Assembly (NCBI GenBank): GCA_963845515.1
Contig: CAWJSR010000008.1
Location: 1 to 15,402 of the forward strand
From: an uncultured delta proteobacterium
GTDB lineage: Bacteria; Myxococcota; Myxococcia; Myxococcales; Anaeromyxobacteraceae
DNA length: 15,402 nt
Direction: 5' to 3'
Position numbers and translations under genes: made by a program. The notes beneath the pieces are model-generated. The model saw only the letters and a program-made list of their open reading frames with translations. It ran no database searches and had not been told where the DNA came from. Positions 1 to 10,386 of the stretch are shown here, one piece after another (positions within the stretch are counted from its first letter, which is position 1; each line of letters opens with the position of its first letter).

Positions 1-2
1 CG

Positions 3-1637
3 ACGTTCGACGCGTCGCACATGGCGATGGGGCCGTCGCACACCACCTACTTCGAGCTCGGGAGCGGCGTCCTACCGATCGTCGACCCCGGCATCATGGG
101 CAAGGAGTGCGGCGTCTGCCACCAGGGCGCCGACGCGGCGTTCGCCTTCACCAAGCCGACGCGGCTCTCCTGCGGCAGCTGCCACACGGAGACCAACTTC
201 GTCACCGGCGCCGGCCACCTGGCAGGGATCCAGGCAAATGACCTGACCTGCGCGCTGTGCCACCCCGAGACGCTGGTTCGGATGTACCACTCCCCGTTCT
301 ACGAGACGGCGCACGACGCCGACTTCAGGACGCTGACGAGCTTCCCGGCCACTGGGCACGACTTCCAGGTCCGGATCTCGGGCGTCTCCGTGAACGCCAC
401 CACCGGCGCGCCGACCGTCACCATCCAGGCGACGCTCGACGGCGCTGCGTTCGACCTCCGTAGCGTCGCTGCGGGGACCGACACGCTGGGCGGCCGGCTC
501 GCCACCTGCGCGATCACCATCGCCGGGCCGACGTCGGACTACACCGTTCCCGCGACCGGCGGCACCACGTTCAGCTGCACGACCGCAGCCTCTCTGGTCG
601 CGACCGCCAATGCCGGCGAGTTCACGATCACCTCCGGCACGTTCTTCCTCGGGAGGACGGGGGCGTACACCGTCGGGTACGAGATCATGTACCAGCGGGT
701 GATGACGGCGACCAATGGTGACGTGGTCCGCAAGCCGTTCGCGGCCAAGCCGAACTTCGTCACCGTCTACAACGCCGGCACGGCGATCGCTCCGGACTGG
801 CGGACGACCGAGCGCGGCTCCGGCTCGCCCGAGGACGTCATGCAGTCCCGGCGCGCGGTGGTCTCGTTCGACAAGTGCAACAGCTGCCACATCCAGCTCG
901 GGTTCCACTCCAACCGCAGCCGGCAGGGGCCGGACTACTGCGCCGAGTGCCACAACCCGAAGCTCGACAACGGGACGCGCGCTCGCGCGACCGTCGCCGA
1001 AGCGTACACGACCTCCCTCACCGGGAGCGCCCTCGTCTACCTGCCCGAGAGCGTCTCGATGAACGTGTTCATCCACCGGATCCACATGGGCGAGGATCTG
1101 CCCAGCGTCCAGGCTCCGGCGAGCGCTTCGCCGTGGAATCCCGTCCCCGGCAAGATCCTCTACGGGGCGACCCGGTCCGCGTTCGTCGGCGTCACGGCGG
1201 ACACGCCGCCGTCGATCTCCGAGTTCACGGCGTTCGCCATGCCGAGCCCGATGGGGCGCTGCAACCAGTGCCACATCTCCGACGGCGCGACCCAGACCTG
1301 GGCGCTCAACGAGCGCACGGGCCAGGCCCCGGTGGAGCGGACCTTCCGGGTCTGCAACGCCACCACGCCGACCTGGGCCACCGAGCCCTGGTGCAACAGC
1401 ACCGCGACCAGCGGGATGCCGACCACGGACGCGACGCTGCTCCCCGTCGCGGTCAAGGTCATCACCCCGCCGATGAAGGCGGCCTGCACGAGCTGCCACG
1501 ACTCCGCGGCGGCCGATGCGCACGCAGACGTGTTCACCATCAGCCCGATGTCGGCGATCGCCATCGAGTCGTGCGCAGAGTGCCACGGCGCCGGCGCGAT
1601 CCTCGACTCGCTCGTGGTCCACGAGCTCATCCCGTAG
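3..1637 (+). CDS. OmcA/MtrC-family multiheme (probably decaheme) c-type cytochrome, 5'-truncated by the window edge
   Basis: The frame is open from base 3 and no signal peptide is seen. There are 8 CxxCH motifs: CGVCH, CGSCH, CALCH, then a heme-free beta-rich domain, then CNSCH, CAECH, CNQCH, CTSCH, CAECH. Family-like motifs RRAVVSFDKCNSCH..LGFH, CHNP and IHRIHMG are present. Confidence 0.88.
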   Translation, partial: TFDASHMAMGPSHTTYFELGSGVLPIVDPGIMGKECGVCHQGADAAFAFTKPTRLSCGSCHTETNFVTGAGHLAGIQANDLTCALCHPETLVRMYHSPFYETAHDADFRTLTSFPATGHDFQVRISGVSVNATTGAPTVTIQATLDGAAFDLRSVAAGTDTLGGRLATCAITIAGPTSDYTVPATGGTTFSCTTAASLVATANAGEFTITSGTFFLGRTGAYTVGYEIMYQRVMTATNGDVVRKPFAAKPNFVTVYNAGTAIAPDWRTTERGSGSPEDVMQSRRAVVSFDKCNSCHIQLGFHSNRSRQGPDYCAECHNPKLDNGTRARATVAEAYTTSLTGSALVYLPESVSMNVFIHRIHMGEDLPSVQAPASASPWNPVPGKILYGATRSAFVGVTADTPPSISEFTAFAMPSPMGRCNQCHISDGATQTWALNERTGQAPVERTFRVCNATTPTWATEPWCNSTATSGMPTTDATLLPVAVKVITPPMKAACTSCHDSAAADAHADVFTISPMSAIAIESCAECHGAGAILDSLVVHELIP

Positions 1638-1671
1638 CGCGTCTGCCGACGACGCTGCAGGCTGAGAGGTG

Positions 1672-1707
1672 ACAAGGGGCCGCCCTCCGGGGCGGCCCCG
1701 CTTGTTT
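1672..1707 (+). terminator. Rho-independent terminator after the cytochrome gene
   Basis: GGGGCCGCCC-TCCG-GGGCGGCCCC forms a perfect 10-bp stem (1676-1699), extended by ACAAG/CTTGT and followed by TTGTTT, about 35 nt after the stop codon. Confidence 0.8.
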
Positions 1708-1820
1708 CCAGGCCGCTTCGCCTGTCCCGCCGCCCTGCCGCGGCGCGAAGCCGCAGCGCTGCGCCGGCCACGTTCCGTGATAATTTCGCGTCCTCGCAGC
1801 GTTGCCCGGAGGTTCCGTCG

Positions 1821-2453
1821 ATGGCCGCCACTGCACGCAGCACGCTCGCCCCACTCCTCGCAACGCTCGCGCTCACCTCGCTCGCGGGCTGCCCCGGGCC
1901 GGCTGAGGACGGGGATCCGGCGGCGACCGTTCCGTTCCCGGCAAAGAGCGGGATCAAGCAGGACCTCTCGCTCGCATCCCTGACCTCCGGCGGATGGACC
2001 GTGTGCGAGCCGGTCACCTCCCTTTACTACGGCAGCGACACCGACTTCACCGTCGCAGGGTTCGACGCCACGGTCGCCGGGAGCTGCGGCGGCAACTTCA
2101 TGATGTTGGCCTGCGGCCAGGAGGGCTCGGACACGCTGGCGCTAGCGGCAGCTGACGACCGGTTCGTGGTCCTCCTCCCCGACGCCGTCGCGCCGACGGT
2201 CCCGCACGCCGCGAACGGCGTGAGCTGGTACTACGACGACTCGCTCTCAATCGGCTTCGCCCCGTCGAGCGCTCCCGTGGACCGCGCGACGTGGACGTGC
2301 GACTACGCCGCAGGGGAGACCTCGCCGGAGCTCAGGCTCTGCTGGGAGGCGGACGCCGGCGATCTCGTGGCCGGCTTCCGCTGCGGAGCGGCCGGCACTC
2401 CGGACGCCCCCATGTCGACGGCATGGAAGCGCTACGTGCTCGTCCACGATTGA
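1821..2453 (+). CDS. Cys-rich lipoprotein of unknown function
   Basis: Hydrophobic signal peptide with lipobox LAG|C (Cys24), six further Cys, and GC3-rich codon usage. A possible -10 element GATAAT lies at 1779-1784. Confidence 0.8.
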   Translation: MAATARSTLAPLLATLALTSLAGCPGPAEDGDPAATVPFPAKSGIKQDLSLASLTSGGWTVCEPVTSLYYGSDTDFTVAGFDATVAGSCGGNFMMLACGQEGSDTLALAAADDRFVVLLPDAVAPTVPHAANGVSWYYDDSLSIGFAPSSAPVDRATWTCDYAAGETSPELRLCWEADAGDLVAGFRCGAAGTPDAPMSTAWKRYVLVHD

Positions 2454-2481
2454 GCAGCGCCCCTCGTGCGCCCGATGGAGA

Positions 2482-2510
2482 TTGACGTCTCTCACCGCGG
2501 GAGATAGAAC
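2482..2510 (+). promoter_or_regulatory. sigma70-type promoter for pcnB
   Basis: TTGACG-N17-TAGAAC followed by a GC-rich discriminator. Confidence 0.65.
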
Positions 2511-2599
2511 CCGCGCCGAGGAAAGAGCCCGACGGAGCAGGCGCAGTCTCGGGGGCCAGAGTCCACTGGCCCGGGGCGCCCCCCGAATCCGGCGACTGC

Positions 2600-5051
<2,452 letters not shown>

Positions 5052-5079
5052 TCCGCGGCCCGAACGACCGGAGGGAAAC

Positions 5080-5643
5080 ATGGGCGCCGCCGAAGAGATC
5101 CTGGCAGACCTGCAGGGCCGCATCGCCAAGACGCTGGACTCGCTCAGGACCGACCTCTCCTCGGTGCGGACCGGCCGGGCCAGCCTCCACATGCTGGACA
5201 ACGTCCGCGTCGACTACTACGGGACGCCGACGCCGCTGACCCAGGTGGCGACGCTCTCGGTCCCCGAGGCGCGGCTCATCATGGTGAAGCCCTGGGAGAA
5301 GAACCTCATCCCGGTCATCGACAAGGCGATCCGCGACGCCAACCTCGGGTACAACCCGCAGAGCGACAAGGATCTCGTCCGCATCCCCATCCCTCCGCTC
5401 ACCGAGGAGCGGCGCAGGGAGATCGTGAAGCAGGTGAAGGGGAAGGGCGAGGAGTTCAAGGTCGCCGTGCGCAACGAGCGGCGCGACGCCAAGGAGCTCA
5501 TCGAGGCGTCCGAGAAGGACGGCGACCTCTCCGCCGACGACGCCAAGAAGGCCCTCGAGAAGATGCAGAAGGCGACCGACGAGGGGATCAAGAAGATCGA
5601 GGAGATCGTGGCGTCCAAGGAGAAGGACGTGATGCAGATCTGA
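5080..5643 (+). CDS. frr: Ribosome recycling factor
   Basis: VRTGRAS, VDYYGTPTPL, IPPLTEERRRE and AVRNERRDA motifs, a GGAGGG RBS, and the usual position after pyrH. Confidence 0.97.
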   Translation: MGAAEEILADLQGRIAKTLDSLRTDLSSVRTGRASLHMLDNVRVDYYGTPTPLTQVATLSVPEARLIMVKPWEKNLIPVIDKAIRDANLGYNPQSDKDLVRIPIPPLTEERRREIVKQVKGKGEEFKVAVRNERRDAKELIEASEKDGDLSADDAKKALEKMQKATDEGIKKIEEIVASKEKDVMQI

Positions 5644-5650
5644 GGAGCCG

Positions 5651-5854
5651 ATGGGCGATCGCTCCGCGCTCCACCTCCTCGCCGTCTACGGGCCGCTCCT
5701 CCTGATCGGCCTCGCCTCCGGCGCGCTCCGCGCGCTCGGCCAGCGGCCAGGCCTCACCGACTCGACCAGGCGGCTCTACGGGATCTCCTGGGTCCTGCTG
5801 CTGCTCGTCGGGACCCCCGCCTGGCTCTTCCTCGCGGCGACGCTGCGCCTCTGA
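5651..5854 (+). CDS. Small hypothetical membrane protein (2 TM helices)
   Basis: GAGGAG RBS overlapping the frr stop, two hydrophobic segments, and an exact fit between frr and the convergent gene. Confidence 0.65.
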   Translation: MGDRSALHLLAVYGPLLLIGLASGALRALGQRPGLTDSTRRLYGISWVLLLLVGTPAWLFLAATLRL

Positions 5855-5864
5855 CGAGCGGCGC

Positions 5865-7172
5865 TCACGGCGCCGCGGGGCGCACCGACAGGAGCGTCTT
5901 GTAGTAGCGCGTGAAGGCGAGGTTCGCCGTCAGCGCGAGCCACGGACTCGCGCGGCTTCGTGCGACGCGCTTCAGGAGCCTCCCGGGTGAGTAGGCGCTC
6001 CTCCACGCGCGGCGCAGCCCGTTCTGCAGCTCCTCGGGCGACATCCGCGCCGGGCGGAACACCACGTGCTGGAAGTCGTACAGGTCGTAGTCCCGCTCGA
6101 CGATGCGGCCGGCCTGGTCCAGGGCCTCGAACATGGGCGTCCCCGGGAAGGGCGTCAGGACCGCGAACCGCACGAGGTCGATCCGGGCCTGGTCGGCGAA
6201 CTCGACCGTCTCCTCGAAGATGGTCGGCTCGTCAGCGTCGAAGCCGAAGATGAAGCACCCGAAGACCGCGAGGCCGTGATCGCGGTAGCCGCGGACGGCC
6301 TCGGCGTAGCGCCGGACGTCGTTGCGCCGCTTGGCGACGCCGTCCAGGGACGCCTGGCAGACGCTCTCGAAGCCGACCAGCGCCCCCATGCAGCCGCTCC
6401 GCTGCATCGCCGCGAGGAGGTCGGGGCGCTCCCCGGTCTCGACGGTCGACAGGCACCCCCAGCGGATGCGGAGCTTCGCCAGCTCGTCCATCAGCGCGAG
6501 CGAGTACTCCGGATCGGCGTGGAAGTTGGGGTCGAGGAACAGGACGGTGCGCGCGCGGAGGCTGCGGAGCTCGGCCACGACGTCCCGCACGTCGCGGCGC
6601 GAGGTCGCTCCGTTCGAGAAGCCCGACACCGCGCAGAAGCGGCACGCGTTCCGGCAACCGCGGGTGGCCATCACCGCCGCGACCTTCATGTACGCCCCGG
6701 GCTTGAGCAGATCCCGGCGCGGCCAGGGCCGGCCGTCGAGCGACGGGGCGTCGGCGCCGGCGTACGGGCCTCGCGGTCCGCCGGCGGCGAGATCGCGCAG
6801 GAGCCTGGGCCACGCATCGTCCGCGTAGCCCCGGACGACCGTGTCGGCGTGGAGCGCGGCCTCCTCGGGGCAGGACGTCGGGTGGTACCCGCCGAGGACG
6901 ACGTGGACGCCGCGCGCCCGGGCCTCGTCGGCTATCCGGTACGCACGCTTCGCCGTGGCGGTGACGACCGTGATGCCGAGCACGTCGACGTCGAGGTCGA
7001 GCGGGGTCTCGTCGACGCCCTCGTCGAGGATGCGAACGTCGGCCCCCAGCTCCTTCGGGACCAGCGCCGCGAGCGTCGTCAGCGTGATCGCCGGGTACGA
7101 GACGGAGCGCGCGAACGCTCCGTCGCGCGGCTTGTACGTCAGGTCCCTCGGGTTCAGGAGGAGGATCCTCAT
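5865..7172 (-). CDS. Cobalamin-binding radical SAM protein (BchE/YgiQ-like, class B-type architecture)
   Basis: N-terminal B12-binding-like domain (MRILLLNP, VVLGGYHPT), CxxxCxxC motif TRGCRNACRFC, GFESV, FIFGFDAD and LTPFPGTPMF. Start placed at MRILL (7172). Confidence 0.9.
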   Translation of the reverse strand: MRILLLNPRDLTYKPRDGAFARSVSYPAITLTTLAALVPKELGADVRILDEGVDETPLDLDVDVLGITVVTATAKRAYRIADEARARGVHVVLGGYHPTSCPEEAALHADTVVRGYADDAWPRLLRDLAAGGPRGPYAGADAPSLDGRPWPRRDLLKPGAYMKVAAVMATRGCRNACRFCAVSGFSNGATSRRDVRDVVAELRSLRARTVLFLDPNFHADPEYSLALMDELAKLRIRWGCLSTVETGERPDLLAAMQRSGCMGALVGFESVCQASLDGVAKRRNDVRRYAEAVRGYRDHGLAVFGCFIFGFDADEPTIFEETVEFADQARIDLVRFAVLTPFPGTPMFEALDQAGRIVERDYDLYDFQHVVFRPARMSPEELQNGLRRAWRSAYSPGRLLKRVARSRASPWLALTANLAFTRYYKTLLSVRPAAP

Positions 7173-7206
7173 GGTTCGGCGCAGCGCCCCGGGCCGTGCG
7201 CCCACT

Positions 7207-8913
7207 TCAGTATCGGTACCCGTGGGCGATGGGGAACCGCCGCCCCTCGCCGAAGGCCTTCTCGGTCACCTTGAGGACCGGCGCCGCCTGGCGCCGCTTG
7301 TACTCGCTCGCGACCACCATCCGGAGGACGCGGCGCACGGTCTCCGCCGGGTGGCCGCGCGCGACGATCGCGTCGAGCGACAGCCGCTCCTCGACGTGGG
7401 CGTGGAGGATGGCGTCGAGCTCGTCGTACGGCGGGAGCGAGTCCTGGTCGAGCTGCCCCGGCTTCAGCTCCGCCGACGGCGGCTTGGTGAAGGTCCGCTC
7501 CGGGATGACCGCCCGGCCGGCGCTGACGTTGGCGGCGCGAGCGACGCGGTAGACCCAGGTCTTCGGCAGGTCGCCGATCACCGCGAGGCCGCCCGCCATG
7601 TCGCCATAGAGCGTGCAGTAGCCGACCGCCAGCTCGGACTTGTTGCCGGTGGTGAGCACCAGCGCGCCGGTGTCGTTGGAGAGCGCCATCAGGATCTGGC
7701 CGCGGACGCGCGCCTGGACGTTCTGCTCGGCGAGATCCCCGAGCGGCTTCCCGTCCGCGGCCTGTAGCTGCGCCAGGAAGGCGGCGTGCATCGGCTCGAT
7801 CGGGATCTCGCGGAACGGGAGCCCCAGCGCGCGCGCCAGCAGGGCGGCGTCCTCGCGCGAGTGGTCCGAGGAGTAGCGCGAGGGCATCGCCACGCCGAGC
7901 ACGTGCTCCGGGCCGAGCGCGGCGGCGGCGATGGCGGCCGTCAGCGCGCTGTCGATCCCTCCCGACAGCCCGACCACCGCGCGCTTGAAGCCGCACTTCC
8001 GGACGTAGTCGCGCACGCCGAGCACCAGCGCCCGGAGCAGCTCGTCGGCATCTGGGTCGGCTGGCGCCGTCGCTGCGGCGGGCAGCGGCCTCCCGTCCAG
8101 CCCCTGGACGCGCGGGTCGGAGCCGTCGACCCCGACGGTGACGATCGCCTCCTCGAAGAGGGGGGCGCGGGCGAGGATCGCGCCGTCCCTGCCGACGAGG
8201 ACCGAGCCGCCGTCGAAGATGAGCGCGTCGTTGCCGCCGACCTGGTTCACGTAGGCGATCGAGACGCCGTGGTCCCGCGCGCTGGCGGAGAGCATCCGCT
8301 CGCGGAGCGCCTGCTTGCCGTGTGAGTACGGGGAGGCCGAGGCGTTCACGACCAGCTCGGCCCCCGCGCTGGCGAGCTCCTTGACGGGATCGCGTGAGTA
8401 TCGGGCGCGCTTCCAGAAGCGCTGGTCGTTCCAGACGTCCTCGCACACGGAGAGGCCTACGTCGAGCCCCGGGAGCGCGAGCGGCGTCGTCGTGACGCGG
8501 TCGGACGGCAGGAAGTAGCGGGTCTCGTCGAAGACGTCGTACGTCGGGAGGAGCGTCTTCCGCCCCACGGCCGCGACGCGCCCGCCCTCGACCAGCGCCA
8601 GGGAGTTGTAGATGCCGGGCGGTGGGGCCCCGGCGGCCGCCTCGGGGTACCCGATCAGGAGGGACAGCTCGGCGGAGAGCTCGACGTCCCCTGCCAGCTC
8701 CTCCAGCGTCGCGCTGGCGCGCGCGACGAACTCGGGCAGGTCCAGGAAGTCGCGGGGAGGGTAGCCGCAGAGCGTCAGCTCCGGGAAGAGGACCAACCGC
8801 GCGCCCGCGCTGCGAGCCACGGCAGCCGCGGCACGGACCTTGAGCGCGTTGCCGACGTAGTCACCTACGGTGGTGTCGATCTGCGCGAGCGCGATTCGGA
8901 CGGGGCCGGACAC
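7207..8913 (-). CDS. nadE: Glutamine-dependent NAD+ synthetase
   Basis: N-terminal nitrilase-like glutaminase with E-K-C triad (FPEL, KTLLPTYDVFDE, VCEDVW). The synthetase domain has SGGIDS, NVQARVRG, TGNKSE and PPSAEL. GTG start. Confidence 0.96.
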   Translation of the reverse strand: MSGPVRIALAQIDTTVGDYVGNALKVRAAAAVARSAGARLVLFPELTLCGYPPRDFLDLPEFVARASATLEELAGDVELSAELSLLIGYPEAAAGAPPPGIYNSLALVEGGRVAAVGRKTLLPTYDVFDETRYFLPSDRVTTTPLALPGLDVGLSVCEDVWNDQRFWKRARYSRDPVKELASAGAELVVNASASPYSHGKQALRERMLSASARDHGVSIAYVNQVGGNDALIFDGGSVLVGRDGAILARAPLFEEAIVTVGVDGSDPRVQGLDGRPLPAAATAPADPDADELLRALVLGVRDYVRKCGFKRAVVGLSGGIDSALTAAIAAAALGPEHVLGVAMPSRYSSDHSREDAALLARALGLPFREIPIEPMHAAFLAQLQAADGKPLGDLAEQNVQARVRGQILMALSNDTGALVLTTGNKSELAVGYCTLYGDMAGGLAVIGDLPKTWVYRVARAANVSAGRAVIPERTFTKPPSAELKPGQLDQDSLPPYDELDAILHAHVEERLSLDAIVARGHPAETVRRVLRMVVASEYKRRQAAPVLKVTEKAFGEGRRFPIAHGYRY

Positions 8914-8918
8914 GGCGC

Positions 8919-8930
8919 GATGCTACCATC
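8919..8930. promoter_or_regulatory. Symmetric bidirectional extended -10 element between nadE and the binding-protein gene
   Basis: GATGCTACCATC reads TG-C-TACCAT on the plus strand and TG-G-TAGCAT on the minus strand. The minus-strand hexamer ends 6 nt before the nadE GTG. Confidence 0.5.
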
Positions 8931-8980
8931 AACGGCCTGCCGCGGCCGTCGGTCCGGGGCACCCGTCCGGAGGACTCGAA

Positions 8981-9983
8981 GTGCTCTCGCCTCGCCAATG
9001 CCTCCGGGTCGCAGCAGCGTCGGGAGTGACGCGCGCGCTGGCCGCACTCGCCCTCGCGGCCGCCGCCGGCTGTCACCGCGCGCCGCCCGTGGGGGTGGAG
9101 CCGGTGCGCTTCTACGTGGCCCCCGGCCTCCCTGGCGAGCTGGTCGCGGAGCTGGCCCGGGGCTTCGAGATCGCCAAGCCGGTGCTCGTCGACCGCATCG
9201 ACGGCGCGGAGGTGGCGTGGCTCCCAGACCCGGCGGCGGCGCTCGCGCTCGGCGACCTCGCGCAGCCCGGAGAGCGCGCCCGAGCAGCCGGGCCTCCCGG
9301 ACGTCTTCGCCGATCCCCGGCGCCGGTTCGCGCCGGTCGGCGCCATCGCGCGCGTGATCGTCTGGGCGTCGAAGGCCGCCCCTGCGTTCGCGCCCGACGA
9401 GCTGCGCGAGCTCGCGGACCCGCGCCTCAGGGGGAAGGTGGCGATGGCGCGGCTCGATCGGCGAGCCGGTGCGCTGCTGCTGGGCGCCCTGGAGCTCGGC
9501 TACGGTGAGCGCGGTGCGAGCGGCTGGCTGGACAAGCTCGCCGCGAACCAGCCGGTCCTCGCGGAGAGCGACGCCGAAGTGGTCGCGCGCGTCGAGGCCG
9601 GGTCGGCGCAGGTCGGTCTCACCGACTCGCTGACCGCCGGCCAGGCGGCTGGGCGCGGGGGGCTGCGCATCGTCTTCCCCGACCAGGAGGGAAAGGGCTG
9701 CGTGGCGGTCCCCACGGCGCTCGTGGTGCTGCCGGGCGCAGGCACGCCGGCACGGAAGTTCTCGGCCTGGCTCACGGGGCCGACCGCGGAGCAGGTGCTC
9801 GTCGACCGCGTGGTTGGGCTGCTGCCGCTGCGCGCCGGGGCGACGGCGCCGGACGGGATGCTGCCGGCGTGGAAGCTCTCGACCCTCACCCTCGACTGGA
9901 GCGCGCTCGCCGAGCGGGTGGCGCCGTGGACGGCTCGGCTTCAGGGGTGGCCAGCACCGGGCAGCAGCGGCGCGGGCCGTTAG
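8981..9983 (+). CDS. ABC transporter substrate-binding lipoprotein (AfuA/FutA-like fold) split by a +1 frameshift near 9271 (sequencing error or pseudogene)
   Basis: GGAGGA RBS before GTG 8981 (alternative start GTG 9026) and lipobox AAG|C. One frame reads ..GDLAQPG and the next frame continues SAPEQPGLPDVFADPRRRFAPVGAIARVIVW..ELADPRLRGKVAMA..VFPDQEGKG..FSAWLTGPTAEQ. Confidence 0.8.
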
Positions 9984-10079
9984 GCGCTCGTCTTTGCTGG
10001 CCCCATCAGGGGTGTCCATGGGGGTCAGGAGGGGCAGTTCCGCCAAGCGACATCAAATTCCCCTGTGAAAGTAGCCGCT

Positions 10080-10095
10080 TGCAAAAATTTTTGCA
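10080..10095. promoter_or_regulatory. Perfect 16-bp AT-rich palindrome, candidate transcription-factor operator
   Basis: TGCAAAAATTTTTGCA is its own reverse complement and sits in intergenic DNA of a very GC-rich genome. Confidence 0.55.
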
Positions 10096-10127
10096 CCGGG
10101 GGTGGCATCCGAGCGGGGCGTTGTTAA

Positions 10128-10209
10128 TGTCGTGTGTGCCGAACGGGACGACCTCAGTGGGATGCATCGCCTCACGAAAAGGGGTCGCTCACGGGTCGGA
10201 GGTACGACA
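10128..10209 (+). ncRNA. Candidate structured RNA (cis-regulatory leader or sRNA), family not recognised
   Basis: Nested pairings: TGTCGTG/TACGACA, CCGA/TCGG, CGACCTC/GGGGTCG and GTGGG/CTCAC. The G-U pairs fit the plus-strand RNA. Confidence 0.35.
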
Positions 10210-10239
10210 ACCGCAGCGAGATGGGGGGAAGGAAGCGCC

Positions 10240-10386
10240 ATGGCACAGATCGACATCGAGATCCTGACGCCGTTCGCTCAGAAGTTCATGGAGGGGACGT
10301 CGCTCACACCAGCGGAGCGAGCCGAGGTCCTCCGCATCGCGCAGCCGGCACGCGTCCCGGCGAGGCAACCTCGGATGGCCGCCTGA
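10240..10386 (+). CDS. 5' fragment of a hypothetical protein, probably truncated at the chimeric junction
   Basis: GGAAGGAAG RBS, then MAQIDIEILTPFAQKFMEGTSLTPAERAEVLRIA with host-like codon usage. The last residues run out of frame through nuoE sequence. Confidence 0.55.
   Translation: MAQIDIEILTPFAQKFMEGTSLTPAERAEVLRIAQPARVPARQPRMAA

Noticed and set aside
10103..10118. Possible sigma54 promoter (TGGCAT)
   Set aside because: There is no TTGC/GC at the required -12 spacing.
10157..10175. Resemblance of GTGGGATGCATCGCCTC to the c-di-GMP-I (GEMM) riboswitch core GGGACGCAAAGCC
   Set aside because: The GCAAA motif, the upstream GGCAAACC and the GNRA tetraloop/receptor are missing, so the match is too weak to call.
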